Assembly (NCBI RefSeq): GCF_004010195.1
Contig: NC_057751.1
Coordinates: forward strand, 18,677,543-18,741,542
Length of the DNA stretch: 64,000 bases
Source: Chiloscyllium plagiosum
Taxonomy: Eukaryota
Direction of reading: 5' to 3'
The notes beneath the pieces are model-generated. The model was not told the DNA's origin. It did no database searches and saw only the letters and a list, made by a program, of their open reading frames with translations. Below are positions 61,238 through 64,000 of this stretch, piece by piece (position 1 is the stretch's first letter; each line of letters starts with the position of its first letter). Position numbers and translations under genes: made by a program.

Positions 61238-62460
61238 CATAGAACATAGAACAGTACAGCACAGAACAGACCCTTCAGCCCACAATGTTGTGCCGACCAT
61301 TGATTCTCATGTGAAGTAGGAGAACGTGAGGACTGCAGATGCTGGAGATCAGAGCTGAAAATGTGTTGTTGGAAAAGCGCAGCAGGTCAGGCAGCATCCA
61401 AAGAACAGGAGAATCGACGTTTCGGGCATAAGCCCTTCTTCAGGATTCATGTGAAGTAAACCTAATGTACGAACTCTCAAATTTCTGTGACCATATGCAT
61501 GTCCAGCAGTCTCTTAAATTCCCCAATGATCTCGCTTCCACAACTACTGCTGGCAACGCATTCCATGCTCTCTCAACTCTCTGCGTAAAGGACCCGCCTC
61601 TGACATCCCCTCTATACTTTCCGCCAAACAGTTTAAATCTATGACCCCTCGTGTTAGTTATTTCTGCCCTGGGAAATAGTCTCTGGCTATCAACTCTATC
61701 TATGCCTTTCATTATCTTGTACACCTCAATTAGGTCCCCTCTCCTCCTCCTTTTCGCCAATGAAAAAAGTCCGAGCTCAGTCAAACTCTCTTCGTAAGAT
61801 AAGCCCTCCAGTCCAGGCAGCATCCTGGTAAACCTCCTCTGAACCCTCTCCAAAGCATCCACATCTTTCCTATAATAGGGCGACCAGAACTGGATGCAGT
61901 ATTCCAAGTGCGGTCCAACCAAAGTTTTATAGAGCTGCAACAAGATCCCACGATTCTTAAACTCAATCCCCCTGATAATGAAAGCCAAAACACCATATGC
62001 TTTTTAACAACCCTGTCCACCTGGGTGGCAATTTTAAGGGATCTATGTACCTGCACGCCAAGATCCCGCTGTTGCTCCACACTGCCAAGAATCCTGTCTT
62101 TAATCCTGTACTCAACTTAAGTTTGACCTTCCAAAATGCATCACCTCGAAATTATCCAGGTTGAACTCCATCTGCCACCTCTCCGCCCATCTCTGCATCC
62201 TGTCAATGTCACGCTGCAGCCTACAACAGTCCTCTATACTGTCAATGACACCTCCAACCTTTATGTCGTCTGCAAACTTGATAACCCATTCTTCAATCTC
62301 CTTATCCACGTCATTAATAAAAATTACAAAGAATAGAGGCCCAAGAACAGAGCCCTATGGAACACCACTCACCACTGACTTCCAGGCAGGATATTTTCCT
62401 TCCATTATCACTCGCTGTCTTCTGTCGACCAGCCAATTCTGTATCCAGAAAGCTAAATCT
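61238..62460 (-). mobile_element. CR1 LINE 3' portion
   Basis: FADDIKVGG, LYKTLVGPHLEYCIQFWSP and RGDLIEVYK. (ATAGAAC) tail. Confidence 0.92.
61319..61446 (-). mobile_element. Minimal PLE terminal-repeat insertion beginning at the hammerhead
   Basis: TSD TCATGTGAAGTA at 61307-61318 and 61447-61458. The minus strand begins AATCCTGAAGAAGGGCTTATGCCCGAAACGTC. Confidence 0.85.
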
Positions 62461-62479
62461 GATGAGAAGGATATATTTA

Positions 62480-62965
62480 TACAAATCCCCACCAGGTTTT
62501 TGCCTACCATGGGTTTGCTCTTCCTCACTCTCTTCCCACTAAGCTTACTTTCAGCCTTCATTTCTCTTCTCTTAAGTTGACTTTCCTTCCTAAGTGCCAA
62601 TTTCTGAAGTTCAAACTCCCTCTCTTTCTTCCTTTGGTCTCTCTCTGTCTCTATTTTCTCTCCCTCTTTCTTTCTCTTCTCTCTCTCTTTCTCTCTCTCT
62701 CTTTCTCTCTCTCTTTGTTATTGTTCTTCTAAAACGATTCTATCATTTTCTTTTTTGTTCTTCGAGAGTCTTGCGTTCTTTTTCTGATTCCTCTGCTTTT
62801 AATCGTAGTTCAAACAATTTCATTTCTTGTCCCCTTTCTTTTTCTTTTGCCTATAACTCTAGCTGTTTCATTCTTAATTGAATTGTAGCTATCTCGAAAG
62901 ATTGTGATGGTCTTTCCAGCAGATGTACATGCGGAGCTATAGCGGTAATTATCTCTCCTTTCCAG
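62480..62965 (-). mobile_element. Gypsy gag N-terminal coiled-coil remnant with (CT)n-rich tract
   Basis: E/K/R-rich ...KKEREFELQKLALRKESQLKRREMKAE. Confidence 0.55.
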
Positions 62966-63079
62966 ACTCATTCCCCTACATTTACCCCTTCATCTAACAC
63001 TACGGGCAATTTAGCATGGCCAATACACCTAACCTGCACCAAATTTCTATTGAGCCTCTTGGAGGAATCTGTTCATTAT

Positions 63080-63548
63080 TGGAAAGATTTGGAGAGGGTG
63101 CAGAGTAGATTTACCTGGATGCTGTCTGGACTAGAGAACATATCTGATGAAGAAAGGTTGAGGGACCACGGACTTTCCTTATTGAAACGAAGAAGATTGA
63201 GGAGTGACTTAATAGAAGTGTAGAAGGTTTTCAGAGGCAGGGATAGACTAGATAGGCAAATATTTTATTCCCCATGGCATAAATGTCCATCGCAAGGGGC
63301 AAAATTTAATACAGTTGGAGGAAGGTGCAGTGGAAATGTCAAAGGTAAGTTCTTTAAACAAAGAATGCTGGATGCGTGGAATGCCCTGCATGCAGTCGTA
63401 GTACAGTCAGATACATTAGAGACTTTTCAGCGACTCTTGGATAGGCACATGGATGACAGTACAGTGAACGGTACTTTGGTTAGACCGATTTTAGTGGAGG
63501 ACAAAATGAGGATTGAGGGCCAGAAGTGCCTGTCCTATGTTCTATGTA
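63080..63548 (+). mobile_element. CR1 LINE 3' fragment
   Basis: LERVQSRFTWML and AWNALH. Tail TCCTATGTTCTATGT. Confidence 0.85.
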
Positions 63549-64000
63549 CACACAATTAAACATTTAGTAAGTGTTCCCTCATATTGATTCAGGTATCCAA
63601 ACCGAAGAAGGCTGTAGCACTGGGGAAGTCAAACAACAACATGACTTTTCTTCCCCATCGATGTCATCAACGCCAAATATATCTTGACGCATAGTAATTT
63701 AGGCAACCCAGTTCTTTAATTCGTCTGGTAACTTTTGATGAACGAGTTAAACATTAGATGGCCTGGTACCCTTAAACGAAACCAGACGTTTTCATCAACA
63801 ACTTTTAACCATGAGCAATTATTTCTGATCTCTCGTATAGGAGATGCCTGGAAGTATGTTTCTGACTGTCAGATCGTTGGGTATGTCCCGGTATGTTGGT
63901 TTCAGAGATCACTTTCCTCGAATTGGGGGCAGGTGGAAAATATCTCAGGCAAACAAATTAAAACTGGACTTCCTGGACGTGGAAAAAATGCAAGTACAAT

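Overview
Repeat-rich vertebrate genomic DNA, almost certainly cartilaginous fish (shark), judged from HE1-type V-SINEs, CR1 LINEs and Penelope-like elements (PLEs). It contains five N-gaps. The non-repeat content is a cluster of GPR139/GPR142-like class A GPCRs. One gene is apparently intact (minus strand, exons 19269-19059 and 16630-15732, 369 aa). Five decayed paralogs lie on both strands (about 10.4-12.1, 22.6-26.6, 40.1-40.9, 49.5-51.5 and 51.6-52.2 kb), and three of them must be reassembled across transposon insertions. This birth-and-death pattern resembles a chemoreceptor family. The rest comprises about 15 CR1 fragments, two degenerate Gypsy elements with Gmr1-type order (integrase before RT) plus solo LTRs, several PLE families with minimal hammerhead-ribozyme motifs (including twin palindromic mini-elements), a decayed ~45-bp tandem array, and two tandem paralogous ORF remnants of unrecognised family at 52.7-55.9 kb. 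All family assignments come from motif recognition by eye, and repeat boundaries are approximate unless a TSD is given.
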